This document shows, piece by piece, positions 1 through 8,562 of a DNA stretch of 64,000 nucleotides (positions are counted from its first letter, which is position 1; every line of letters begins with the position of its first letter). The stretch is from Acidimicrobiia bacterium (GTDB lineage: Bacteria; Actinomycetota; Acidimicrobiia; IMCC26256; JACDBD01). The notes below the pieces were generated by a model. The model searched no databases, had not been told where the DNA came from, and saw nothing but the letters and a program-made list of their open reading frames with translations. A program made the position numbers and the translations under genes. Where the stretch lies: contig JBPCMN010000034.1 in NCBI GenBank assembly GCA_051002235.1, forward strand, positions 1,669 through 65,668, read 5' to 3'.

Positions 1-2
1 CC

Positions 3-323
3 GGCGAACTGTCCTCGGCGGTGACCGCGGTCGTCGACCGCGATCGCCTCACCTGGGTGGACGAGGCCGACTACGACCTCGGGTCACACCGCAGCGAGCA
101 CCGGATCGTCCCCGACCACTACGGGAACCGCCTCCAGGCGTCGTACTCGGACCGACTCGAGCCCGACGGTGTCGGCGGAACCCGCCGCGTGGCGGCGGGA
201 ACGGTCAAGGTGCGGATGCCGCTCGTGGGCGGCCGGGTCGAACGGGCCATCGTCTCGGGCCTCGAGGAGCACGCCGCCGCCGAGACCGCGGTCCTCGAGC
301 GCTGGGTCACGGGCAACGGCTGA
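3..323 (+). CDS. DUF2505-like (SRPBCC-fold) protein, 5'-truncated by window edge
   Basis: Frame open from position 3; C-terminus VKVRMPLVGGRVERAIVSGL resembles DUF2505. Confidence 0.65.
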   Translation, partial: GELSSAVTAVVDRDRLTWVDEADYDLGSHRSEHRIVPDHYGNRLQASYSDRLEPDGVGGTRRVAAGTVKVRMPLVGGRVERAIVSGLEEHAAAETAVLERWVTGNG

Positions 324-359
324 GGCGCCGAGAAACCGCCCGAACCGGTGGTGGAGGGG

Positions 360-417
360 TTGACAAGCGATACCGGCTGGTATTAGATACTGATAAGTAT
401 TCAATACCGAAGAGTAT
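360..417 (+). promoter_or_regulatory. Promoter (TTGACA 360-365) overlapped by three ATAC-N6-GTAT palindromes, probable repressor operators
   Basis: Palindromes at 370-383, 387-400 and 404-417 with exact 17-bp period in an AT-rich patch. Confidence 0.7.
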
Positions 418-428
418 CGGAGGCAGCC

Positions 429-590
429 GTGAGCGAGCCGCGTGAGGCCCTCAGCGCCGAGGCCGCCAGGTGGCTGGCCGAGCAGGTCCGATGGGAGGAC
501 CGGCTGGGCGAGCTCCGCCGTCCCGGCGGCTTCCGCCCCCGGAAGGCGCGCCGGCCTCGGCCCGTCGCCTCGGTGCGGCAGGCGAGCTGA
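429..590 (+). CDS. Small hypothetical protein (53 aa), not in ORF track
   Basis: GGAGG at 419-423, GTG 429, TGA 588-590; MSEPREALSAEAARWLAEQVRWEDRLGELRRPGG... Confidence 0.55.
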   Translation: MSEPREALSAEAARWLAEQVRWEDRLGELRRPGGFRPRKARRPRPVASVRQAS

Positions 591-606
591 GGTCCACACT
601 GTGGCC

Positions 607-1239
607 ATGGCGACGACCCGCCTGACGCGGGAGGAGAAGAAGGCAAAGACCCGCGAGCGGCTGCTCGAGGCCGCGCGCGCTGTGTTCGCCCGACGGGGCT
701 TCGCCGCCGCGTCCCTCGACGAGGTCGCCGAGGAGGCGGGGCTCACGAAAGGGGCGGTGTACTCCAACTTCGCCAACAAGGAGGACGTCGTCCTCGCGGT
801 GCTCGACGACAGCTTCGATCGGCGCATGGACGAGGTCCTGAGTCGCGTCGACATGGACGGGACGCTGGAGGAGCAGGCCCACGTCGGTGGCGCGCTGTTC
901 ATGGCGATCTCCGAAGAAGAGCGATGGCTGGACCTGCTCTCGTTCGACTTCGTGACCTACGCGGCCCGCAATCCCGAGTTCGGCGCCCGCCTGGCGGCGC
1001 GCCACCGCGAGTCTCTCGCCGCGATCGCCGACGTGATGATCGAGGGCGCCGAGGGCCGAGAGTGGGGGCTGCCGATGCCGGCGGAGAAGCTCGCCCTGGT
1101 CATGTACGCCATCGGATCGGGTCTGAGCATGGAGAAGCTCATCGACCCCGAGGGTGTGCCCGACGAGCTGTTCGGCGACGTCATCGCGTTGCTGTGGGCC
1201 GGTGCGGCCGGCGGCAGCCCCGGCGGCGGCGAGTCCTAA
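607..1239 (+). CDS. TetR/AcrR family transcriptional regulator
   Basis: HTH region RERLLEAARAVFARRGFAAASLDEVAEEAGLTKGAVYSNFANKE; ATG 607. Confidence 0.92.
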   Translation: MATTRLTREEKKAKTRERLLEAARAVFARRGFAAASLDEVAEEAGLTKGAVYSNFANKEDVVLAVLDDSFDRRMDEVLSRVDMDGTLEEQAHVGGALFMAISEEERWLDLLSFDFVTYAARNPEFGARLAARHRESLAAIADVMIEGAEGREWGLPMPAEKLALVMYAIGSGLSMEKLIDPEGVPDELFGDVIALLWAGAAGGSPGGGES

Positions 1240-1676
1240 CCGAGGTCCGGCACCTTGCCGAGCTGGCGGAACCAGCCCAGCGTGTCCTCCACCCCCCATG
1301 ACTCGGCCAGCCGCCCGTCGGCGACGCGGTACACGGTCGTGCCGGGCTTGGCGTACGCCTGCCCCTCCGGCTCGATGCCGAGAAAGCCGCGGCCGGTGAG
1401 CGTGCCGCGTTCGGTGTAACGCATCACCACCTTGTCGCCCTCGACGACGAGGTCCTCGATGGTGATGTTGACGTCGGGGAACGACTTCCGCAGGAACCGA
1501 CAGGCCTTCACGTACTCGTCCCGCCCGACGTTGGCCTCACCGTCGGCGCCGTAGAACGCGGTGTAGTCGTCGGCCAACGTCTCCTGGCACACGGTCCAAT
1601 CGCCGAGGTTGAAGCCGGCCTCGATGTGGCGGCGCACCAGCGCCCGGAGCTCCTCGGGCGACAAGTCCCGGATCAG
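1236..1676 (-). CDS. SnoaL-like ester cyclase (NTF2 fold)
   Basis: FPDVNITIEDLVVEGDKVVMRYTERGT...YRVADGRLAESWG; start CTG 1676 or TTG 1664. Confidence 0.8.
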   Translation of the reverse strand: MIRDLSPEELRALVRRHIEAGFNLGDWTVCQETLADDYTAFYGADGEANVGRDEYVKACRFLRKSFPDVNITIEDLVVEGDKVVMRYTERGTLTGRGFLGIEPEGQAYAKPGTTVYRVADGRLAESWGVEDTLGWFRQLGKVPDLG

Positions 1677-2116
1677 AATCCGAAGCGCGCGGCCAGGTAC
1701 TGGAGCCCGAGCCCGAAGTCGTTGTCGTCGAAGTCGTTGTCGTCGCTGTCGAATCCGACCGTGACCCCGATGATGATGAAGATCGCTATGAGGACCACGA
1801 TGATCGCGAGGTGGACCCAGGCGATGATGCGGGCGGCGGTGTTGAGGCCGTCGCCGGTGAGCCGTCCGCCCGACGCGTCGATCTTCTGCTGCGAGTTGTG
1901 GGCGAGGAAGAGCGCCACGATCGCCGGGACCAGCGGGCAGACGACAAACGCCCCGATCGCGCAACAGAGCGCCGCGATGGCCGTGCCATCGGTCTGCGGT
2001 GCGGCGGCGGAGCCGTAGCCGGGCGCACCGGCGGGCGGCGGCGCCCACCCCGGCGGTGGACCGCCCGGCGGAAGCGGCGGTGGCGGGGGCTGCGGAGGAG
2101 GCGGCGGCTCGGTCAC
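1673..2116 (-). CDS. DUF4190 family membrane protein with Pro-rich N-terminus
   Basis: Pro-rich head then TDGTAIAALCCAIGAF...GDGLNTAARIIAW; GTG 2116. Confidence 0.8.
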   Translation of the reverse strand: MTEPPPPPQPPPPPLPPGGPPPGWAPPPAGAPGYGSAAAPQTDGTAIAALCCAIGAFVVCPLVPAIVALFLAHNSQQKIDASGGRLTGDGLNTAARIIAWVHLAIIVVLIAIFIIIGVTVGFDSDDNDFDDNDFGLGLQYLAARFGF

Positions 2117-2161
2117 GATCGGCAATCTACGCGAGACTCTGCCTCCCGAACAGGGAGAGCC

Positions 2162-3283
2162 ATGCCCCCCGAGAAGCTGCAGTGGTTGCACCTCTACGAC
2201 GAGGTCGTGACGTCGGGCCTTTGCACCGGGTGCGCGGGCTGCGTGATCGCGTGCCCGCACGACGTGCTCGGCTACGACGACGAGAACGGCGTGTACAAGC
2301 CCTTCCAGACCGAGGAGGGCTTCGGCCCCGACGACTGCTCGCACGGGCAAAAGGGCTGCACCAGCTGCACGCGGGCGTGCCCGCGCTTCCGGGCGTGGGA
2401 GCCCGAGATCGACGAGTTCATGTTCGAGCGCGTTCGCCGGCCGGACGAGGTGTCGGGGATCTTCAAGGACATCGTCCTCGCCCGGGCAACCGACCCGGTG
2501 CTGGCCGAGGTCGGCCAGGACGGCGGCCTGGTGTCGGCCATGCTCCTGTACGCGCTCGAGAAGGACATGATCGACTGCGCGCTGGTGTCGTACCTCGAGG
2601 GTGACGGATCCACGTGGAAGGCGGTGCCGGGCGTGGCCCGCACCAAGGAGGACATCATCGCCTCCGCCGGGAGCCGCTACACCTACTCGGCGAACACGCT
2701 CGCCTACGCCGACGCGATCGAGCGCGGCTTCGAGCGCATCGCACTCGTGGGCATGAGCTGCCAGAGCTCGGTGCCGCCGGTCATGAAGCAACGCAAGACG
2801 GGGAAGACGGCGCGGCGCCTGACGCTCAACATCGGACTGTTGTGCTCGAAGACGTTCGACGATGCCATCTTCGAGGAGCTGCTCGAGGCGAAGTACGGAC
2901 TGAAGCGGGCCGAGATCAAGAAGATGAACATCAAGGGCCGGCTCCAGATCTGGACCCACGACGACCGCTACGTCGAGGTGCCACTCAAGGAGTGCCACGC
3001 GTACACGCGTGAGGGCTGCAAGATGTGCCCCGACTTCGCCGCCGAGCACGCCGACGTGTCGACCGGCGGCATCGGGGCGTTCAACGACTGGACCCTGACG
3101 GTCGTGCGCACGGACGCGGGGCGGGAGCTGATGGACGGCCTGCTGAAGGAGGGCTGGATCGAGGTGCGGCCGGGCGACGACGACCCCGGCGCCATCGAGC
3201 TCATGCACAAGCTCGCCAAGAAGCAGCGCACCCGCTGGCCCGAGTTCGCGGTCATCGACGATCCAAAGCTGGTGGAGGCGTAG
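2162..3283 (+). CDS. Coenzyme F420 hydrogenase/dehydrogenase beta-subunit (FrhB/FdhB) family protein with N-terminal ferredoxin domain
   Basis: CTGCAGCVIACP and CTSCTRACP; GQDGGLVS, GSRYTYS, VGMSCQ, IGLLC, GCKMCPDF, DVSTGG motifs. Confidence 0.88.
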   Translation: MPPEKLQWLHLYDEVVTSGLCTGCAGCVIACPHDVLGYDDENGVYKPFQTEEGFGPDDCSHGQKGCTSCTRACPRFRAWEPEIDEFMFERVRRPDEVSGIFKDIVLARATDPVLAEVGQDGGLVSAMLLYALEKDMIDCALVSYLEGDGSTWKAVPGVARTKEDIIASAGSRYTYSANTLAYADAIERGFERIALVGMSCQSSVPPVMKQRKTGKTARRLTLNIGLLCSKTFDDAIFEELLEAKYGLKRAEIKKMNIKGRLQIWTHDDRYVEVPLKECHAYTREGCKMCPDFAAEHADVSTGGIGAFNDWTLTVVRTDAGRELMDGLLKEGWIEVRPGDDDPGAIELMHKLAKKQRTRWPEFAVIDDPKLVEA

Positions 3284-3358
3284 CCCGAGTACCCTGACGC
3301 CCAGGTGTGCCGGGAAGTCTGGTCGGCGTGAGCATCCGCGCGCGACTGGAAGGCGTTC

Positions 3359-4567
3359 ATGGCACGCCGCACGCACGTCCGGGTCCCCCTCGGCCGCCGG
3401 CTGCCGCCCCTCGGCGACAACTTCGTGTCGGTCGAGGCCCTCGGCGGCCTCGGGCTCCTCGGCGCGACGATCGTCGCGCTCGTCTGGGCGAACGTCGCCG
3501 GCGGCAACAGCTACGCCGACGTCTGGCACACCGAGCTCACGCTCGGCTTGCGTGGCCTGTCGATTACCGAGGACCTCCGCCACTGGGTGAACGACGGGCT
3601 GATGACGATCTTCTTCTTCGTCGTCGGGCTCGAGATCAAGCGGGAGCTGATCGAGGGCGACCTTCGCGACCCCAAGACCGCCGCGCTGCCGGCGCTGGCC
3701 GCGCTCGGCGGCATGGTGGTTCCCGCCGCGTTTTTCCTCGCCCTCAACCCGTCGGCACCGGGGAGCGACGGCTGGGGCATCCCGGTCGCGACCGACATCG
3801 CGTTCGCGGTCGGGGTGCTTTCACTCCTCGGTTCGCGCGTCCCGAAGGGACTGAAGCTGTTCCTTCTCACGCTGGCGATCGTCGACGACATCGGCGCCAT
3901 CCTCGTGATCGCGGTCTTCTACTCGGACGGCCTGTCGGGTTGGTGGCTCGGTGGCGCGGTCGCAACCCTGCTCGCGTTCTTCCTCCTGCAACGGATCGGT
4001 ATCCGGCACCCGTTGGCGTACGTGCTCCCCGCGATTGTGCTCTGGGTGTGCACGCTGGAGTCGGGCGTACACGCCACCATCGCCGGCGTCATGCTCGGCC
4101 TGCTCGCCCCCAACCAGGAGTGGCGGGGCCAGCCGGTCATCGGCCGGCTCGAGCACGTCCTCCACCCGTGGACGAGCTTTCTCGTCGTGCCGCTCTTCGC
4201 TCTCGCCAACGCCGGCGTCGCGCTCGGAGCCGACTCCATCGCCGACGCTGCCACCAGCCGCGTCACGCTCGGCGTCGTGCTCGGGCTCGTCGTCGGCAAG
4301 ACCTTGGGCATCGGCGCGGCGGTCGCCACCGCCGTCCGCTTCGGGCTCGGCAAGCTGCCCGACGGCGTGGGCGGGTTGCACGTGGTCGGCGCGGCCGCAG
4401 TCGCCGGCATCGGGTTCACCGTGTCGCTGTTCATCGCCGAGCTGTCGTTTGGCGGTAGCGCCCGTCTGACCGACGCGAAGGTCGGGATCCTCGCCGCCTC
4501 GCTGATCAGCGGCATCGCGGGCGCGCTTGTGCTCCTCTGGGCGGGGCGCCGTAGCCTGCGGCGGTGA
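3359..4567 (+). CDS. nhaA: Na+/H+ antiporter NhaA
   Basis: HWVNDGLMTIFFFVVGLEIKRE, GWGIPVATDIAF, LAIVDD, SGVHATIAGV, GIGFTVSLFI. Confidence 0.95.
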   Translation: MARRTHVRVPLGRRLPPLGDNFVSVEALGGLGLLGATIVALVWANVAGGNSYADVWHTELTLGLRGLSITEDLRHWVNDGLMTIFFFVVGLEIKRELIEGDLRDPKTAALPALAALGGMVVPAAFFLALNPSAPGSDGWGIPVATDIAFAVGVLSLLGSRVPKGLKLFLLTLAIVDDIGAILVIAVFYSDGLSGWWLGGAVATLLAFFLLQRIGIRHPLAYVLPAIVLWVCTLESGVHATIAGVMLGLLAPNQEWRGQPVIGRLEHVLHPWTSFLVVPLFALANAGVALGADSIADAATSRVTLGVVLGLVVGKTLGIGAAVATAVRFGLGKLPDGVGGLHVVGAAAVAGIGFTVSLFIAELSFGGSARLTDAKVGILAASLISGIAGALVLLWAGRRSLRR

Positions 4568-4899
4568 AGACCGCCGCGCTCGTCGGCGACCTCATGGATC
4601 GGTCCAAGATCGGTGCCGCCGTACCCGACATCGACTTCGCACCCGCGCCCAGTGCGTGCACGGGGGCAGACGTGGTGGTCGTCGACCTCGGCGGTCACGC
4701 CGGCGAAGTGGCCGAACTGCGCCGAGTGGCCCCACGCGCGCGCATCGTCGCCTTCGGTCGTCACGACAATCCCGAAGCACTGGCGAGAGCCAGGAAAGAC
4801 GGCGCCGACGTGGCCCTCCCTCGCTCCCGCTTCTTCCGCGACCCGGCCGCGGCGTTGCAGGTAACCCCCCGGGCCGGGGGTGGGTCGGAACTCCCGTGA
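4564..4899 (+). CDS. Small receiver-domain-like hypothetical protein
   Basis: GTGA overlap with nhaA stop; DLMDRSKI...VVVVDL...RIVAFGRH...ALPRSRFF. Confidence 0.6.
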   Translation: MKTAALVGDLMDRSKIGAAVPDIDFAPAPSACTGADVVVVDLGGHAGEVAELRRVAPRARIVAFGRHDNPEALARARKDGADVALPRSRFFRDPAAALQVTPRAGGGSELP

Positions 4900-5018
4900 C
4901 CTCTCTCCTGCCGCGCCTCGAGCACGCCGCCGAGAGCGACGGCGCCGTCACCTTCGTCGGACAGGCGCGAGCGGTCAGTTCGCGGCGGTCGTCTCGATGC
5001 CCTGCTTCTTGGCCGTGA
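4896..5018 (+). pseudogene. Possible 5' remnant of a fatty-acyl-AMP ligase-like gene
   Basis: GTGA-coupled start, MTSLLPRLEHAAESDGAVTFVG, then runs into the end of a convergent gene. Confidence 0.3.
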
Positions 5019-5880
5019 GCGCGGGTGGGTCGTAGCCGCGGTTCCAGAGCCGCTGAATGAACAGCTTCCAGCACACAACGAGGAAGACCGCGAGGCAGGC
5101 GGAGCCGATGAGCGCACCCCAGAACGCGTCGGTCCACGGCCCGGGCGTCAGGTCCACCCGCTCGACGTAGTCGGGGCCACCCCAACTGACATCCCATCGG
5201 GTGTGCGCCTGGAACCGGGCGTAGAACGTCCAGGCGAAGATGCGACACCCGCCGTAGAACAACAGGCCGCGATACAACGCCACGAGGCCCCGCTCGGGAA
5301 GATGGAACTTGCGGTGGATCCACGCCCACACCCGCGGGTCGGCGGGCACGATCACGGTACGGAAGTACTCCTTGGTGAGCGTCTGGCGCGCGAAGACCAG
5401 CACGACGACGAGCCAGAACATGTCCCAGACCCCGCCGGGGCTCGAGTAGTAGGCGGCGGCGTCGCCGTAACGACCGAGGACGGCGGCGTGTCGCCACATG
5501 CCCGTGGTGATCGTGTCGGTCGAGAACGGGAAGAACAGCATCGTTCCGGCGGTGTCGTTGATGTCGGTGACCACGTGGGCGACGTGCCCGATGAGCAGCC
5601 CCAGGGCCCAGTTCCGGCTCCGGAAGATCGCCAGCACCAACGTCGAGACCAGCACGCCCCACAGGATCGAGTGCGTGAACCCGGCGCCGGGCCAGCCCCG
5701 GTGGAACTGGATCGGGTCGGACCCGCCGATCTTGTAGCTCCCGACCGTGAAGCCGTAGACGAACCCCTTGGTGAAGAGGTCGGGGAGGAACGCGCCCAGG
5801 GCGCACGCGAGGAACGACATCCGCAGACCGACGTGCTTCTGGATGAAGTAGTTCTCGAGCTCGTGCGTCGCCCAGCTCAC
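4975..5880 (-). CDS. Membrane metal-dependent hydrolase (YdjM/DUF457-like)
   Basis: Motifs WATH, LPD, HRG..FTHS, GHVAHVVTD plus TM segments; GTG 5880. Confidence 0.75.
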   Translation of the reverse strand: MSWATHELENYFIQKHVGLRMSFLACALGAFLPDLFTKGFVYGFTVGSYKIGGSDPIQFHRGWPGAGFTHSILWGVLVSTLVLAIFRSRNWALGLLIGHVAHVVTDINDTAGTMLFFPFSTDTITTGMWRHAAVLGRYGDAAAYYSSPGGVWDMFWLVVVLVFARQTLTKEYFRTVIVPADPRVWAWIHRKFHLPERGLVALYRGLLFYGGCRIFAWTFYARFQAHTRWDVSWGGPDYVERVDLTPGPWTDAFWGALIGSACLAVFLVVCWKLFIQRLWNRGYDPPALTAKKQGIETTAAN

Positions 5881-6071
5881 CGGGCCCACCTCGCCCGGAG
5901 CCGACGGAGCCACGTGGGAACGAGGTAGACGACCAGCAGCGGGAAGAGCGGGCCCACGATCCAGTTGAGGACGATGGTCTTGAAGACATAGCCCAGCGCG
6001 ATGTAGACGACCACCGCGACCGCGTACAGCACGCCTTCTTCGTGGTCGCGCCAGAGGCAACGCGGGCTCAC
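5877..6071 (-). CDS. Small membrane protein (64 aa)
   Basis: Two hydrophobic segments; GTGA overlaps at both ends. Confidence 0.6.
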   Translation of the reverse strand: MSPRCLWRDHEEGVLYAVAVVVYIALGYVFKTIVLNWIVGPLFPLLVVYLVPTWLRRLRARWAR

Positions 6072-6328
6072 TCGACCAGGCTGGGGGCCATCACGGGAGG
6101 TGACGGCTCACTCGGGCCGGGGCCGAGGACGGTGTCGGGATCGAGGCCGAGACCGGCGATGAACGCGACGTCCTGCATGTGGGCGCTGGCCTTGCGCTCG
6201 GCCCGGCTCGACAGCTGCACGAGCCCGAGCGCCGCGCCGACCTGGCGGGCACCGTGCGTCGCCGCGCCGGCGACGATGGCGCCGTTCACGACGAGGAACT
6301 CGGTGCTGGTCACGCAGTTCATGCACAT
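6068..6328 (-). CDS. Small hypothetical protein with N-terminal MCxxC
   Basis: MCMNCVTSTEFLVVNGAIVAGAA...FIAGLGLDPDTVLGP; stop overlaps next start. Confidence 0.6.
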   Translation of the reverse strand: MCMNCVTSTEFLVVNGAIVAGAATHGARQVGAALGLVQLSSRAERKASAHMQDVAFIAGLGLDPDTVLGPGPSEPSPPVMAPSLVE

Positions 6329-6340
6329 CGGCCGCGGACG

Positions 6341-7045
6341 TTACCACCGGGCCAATCGGGCCCGGGCCTCACCCGGCCACTCAGTGGTGAACCCGGCGAG
6401 CGGCGAAGCCGCCGTCAGGATGCGCTCCTGTTGCTCGAGGTCGTGGAAGCCGGTGTAGACGCGCAAGCCGGCGTCGCGGGCCCCGTCGAACACCTTCGCC
6501 CCCACCCGGCGCGGGTTCACGGCCACGCTGTCGGCACCCCACTCGCGGGCATCGGCGAGGAGGCCGGCGACATCGTCGGAGGGCTGCTCGCCCCGCATCA
6601 ACACAATCTCGAGATCAGGTGCCTCGCGGGCGAAGAACCGGACGACCGGCTCGTCGTTGGTCCAGATCTGAACAGTCAGCCCGTCGCCCGCCGACCGCAC
6701 TGTGTCGAGCACCGCGCCCGTCGCGCCTTCTTCCTTGAGCTCGACCGCGAACACCAGGCCGGGACGGGCGGCGCCGAAGGCGTCAGCCAGGGTCGGCACC
6801 CGCTCGCCGTTGGTCAGGCGGAGCCGCGCGACGCACTTGGCCGTCATCCACCGGATCGGGATCGGCCAGCGCGCGGTTCGCACCGGGATCAGGTCGTGCA
6901 TGACGATCGCGACCCCGTCGCGCGTGCGGCGCACGTCGATCTCGACCCCGTCGGCGCCGAGCTCGGGCGCCCGCCGGATGGCCGAGAGGCTGTTCTCGGC
7001 CCCGCCATGGGCGCCGGCACGGTGGGCGAGGATCACGGGCAGCAC
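6341..7045 (-). CDS. Glycerophosphodiester phosphodiesterase
   Basis: ILAHRAG..AENSL, GADGVEIDVRRTRDG, VMHD, RVPTL, VELK; start approximate. Confidence 0.85.
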   Translation of the reverse strand: MLPVILAHRAGAHGGAENSLSAIRRAPELGADGVEIDVRRTRDGVAIVMHDLIPVRTARWPIPIRWMTAKCVARLRLTNGERVPTLADAFGAARPGLVFAVELKEEGATGAVLDTVRSAGDGLTVQIWTNDEPVVRFFAREAPDLEIVLMRGEQPSDDVAGLLADAREWGADSVAVNPRRVGAKVFDGARDAGLRVYTGFHDLEQQERILTAASPLAGFTTEWPGEARARLARW

Positions 7046-7094
7046 GCCGGGAGTTTCGCGCGCGAACACACGCCGCCCGATATCGTCCGCGCCC

Positions 7095-7763
7095 GTGCGT
7101 CGCCCGCCAACCCGCGACCGTCTCGCCCGACCGGTGCGCGCCCTGGAACGTCGAGCCGGCATCGCAGTCGTCGCGTTCGCGGTCACCGCCGTGCTCGTGA
7201 ACGGTGGTGACGTCCCGGGTGCGGAGGTCGACGGGTTCCGCGTGGTGGCTCGGCTCCCGGACCTGTTGGCCCCGCCGATCCGCGCCCTGATGCAACTCGG
7301 GACACTCCCGGCCGTCGGAGTCGCGGCGGGCATCCTCCTCTGGGCGCGCCGGCGGTGGCAGGCGACGGCCGCCGTGATCGTGGCCGGTCTCGCCGCCCGC
7401 TTCGCGTCCGACGGCCTCAAGGACGTGTTCGAGCGACCCCGGCCGCTCGCGTCAGTGACCGATGTCGTGCCGCGCGACACGGCCGAGGGGCTCGGGTACC
7501 CGTCGACCCACGCGGCGGTGGCCTTCGCGATCGCGGGTGTAGTCGTGTGGTGGCTGCCCCGCCGGTGGCGGCCCGCCGCGTGGGCGGTCGCGGCAATGGT
7601 GGGGGTCGCGCGCGTCTACGTCGGCGTCCACTACCCGCTCGACGTGGTGGGCGGCGCCGCGGTAGGCGTCGTGATGGCCTCGGTCGCGGTGGCCTTGTTC
7701 GGCGTACCGGGTCGGGACCCTCGCAACGCGAGCAGCCGCTCGAGCAGCACCGCGAGGCCGTAG
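7095..7763 (+). CDS. PAP2-family phosphatase
   Basis: KDVFERPRP, YPSTHA, ARVYVGVHYPLDV; start approximate. Confidence 0.88.
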   Translation: MRRPPTRDRLARPVRALERRAGIAVVAFAVTAVLVNGGDVPGAEVDGFRVVARLPDLLAPPIRALMQLGTLPAVGVAAGILLWARRRWQATAAVIVAGLAARFASDGLKDVFERPRPLASVTDVVPRDTAEGLGYPSTHAAVAFAIAGVVVWWLPRRWRPAAWAVAAMVGVARVYVGVHYPLDVVGGAAVGVVMASVAVALFGVPGRDPRNASSRSSSTARP

Positions 7764-8506
7764 GCGCCGGCGAGGAGCGCGCAGCCGGCGGCGATGTCGA
7801 TCAGTCGGTGCTGCCCGGTGACGGTGACCGCGAAGAACGAAAGGACTGTGTGCCCGATCAACGCGACCTTTTGCCAGCGGCGGCGCGCCAGTGGCCAGAC
7901 CGCCAGCACCGACCACGCCGCCCAGCCCACGTGGAGGCTCGGCATCCCCGCGTAGGGATTGCCGTGGCTGCCCAGGTACTCGTCGGTCGGTTCGCCGTCG
8001 GGCTCGTACTCGATGCGCTGCGGTCCCCCGAAGTTGAAGTACTCGGCCTTGGTGTCGATGATCCCGTAGCGCGCCGGCATGTTCGCCGGGGGCATGAGCG
8101 GGTAGAGCCAGAAGCCGAGGAGAGCGAGCGGGAGCATGAAGACGAACGCGTTGCGCCAGCGCACGTAGCGCTTCGGTGCCGCCCGGTACAGCCAGACGAA
8201 GCACACGATCGTGACCACCATGTGCGGCGGCCCGTGGTAGACGTTCGCCAGCCCGACCAGCGCCCGGTGCGGGAGGAACCACTGCTGGATCGTCCGCTCG
8301 TGGTCCAGCCACAGCAGCTGCTCGAGCCGGAGAACCTGCTTCGCGTGCCGGAACGCGACGTGGGTGGAGCCCTGCAAGGGACCGTTCCGGACCCACGTGT
8401 ACACCTGGTAGATCGCGCGCAGCGCCACGATCTCCACGATCCAGCCGCCGCGGAAGCGGCGCGCCAGGGGTCCCTCGGTGGCGGGTCTCTCCGTGGCGTC
8501 GGTCAC
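7631..8506 (-). CDS. PAP2_3 family membrane protein (Aur1/IPC-synthase-like)
   Basis: YPLMPP, NPYAGMPSLHVGWA, VTGQHRLID. Confidence 0.8.
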   Translation of the reverse strand: MTDATERPATEGPLARRFRGGWIVEIVALRAIYQVYTWVRNGPLQGSTHVAFRHAKQVLRLEQLLWLDHERTIQQWFLPHRALVGLANVYHGPPHMVVTIVCFVWLYRAAPKRYVRWRNAFVFMLPLALLGFWLYPLMPPANMPARYGIIDTKAEYFNFGGPQRIEYEPDGEPTDEYLGSHGNPYAGMPSLHVGWAAWSVLAVWPLARRRWQKVALIGHTVLSFFAVTVTGQHRLIDIAAGCALLAGAYGLAVLLERLLALRGSRPGTPNKATATEAITTPTAAPPTTSSG

Positions 8507-8562
8507 GGGACGGTGATGCTACCGGTCGGTTCAGATCGATTCCGCCGCGTACAGTCGCCCGG

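Noticed and set aside
1673-3583. 636-aa minus-strand ORF and many other long overlapping ORFs in the track
   Set aside because: Antisense or alternative-frame shadows typical of very high GC DNA; only 1673-2116 is credible here
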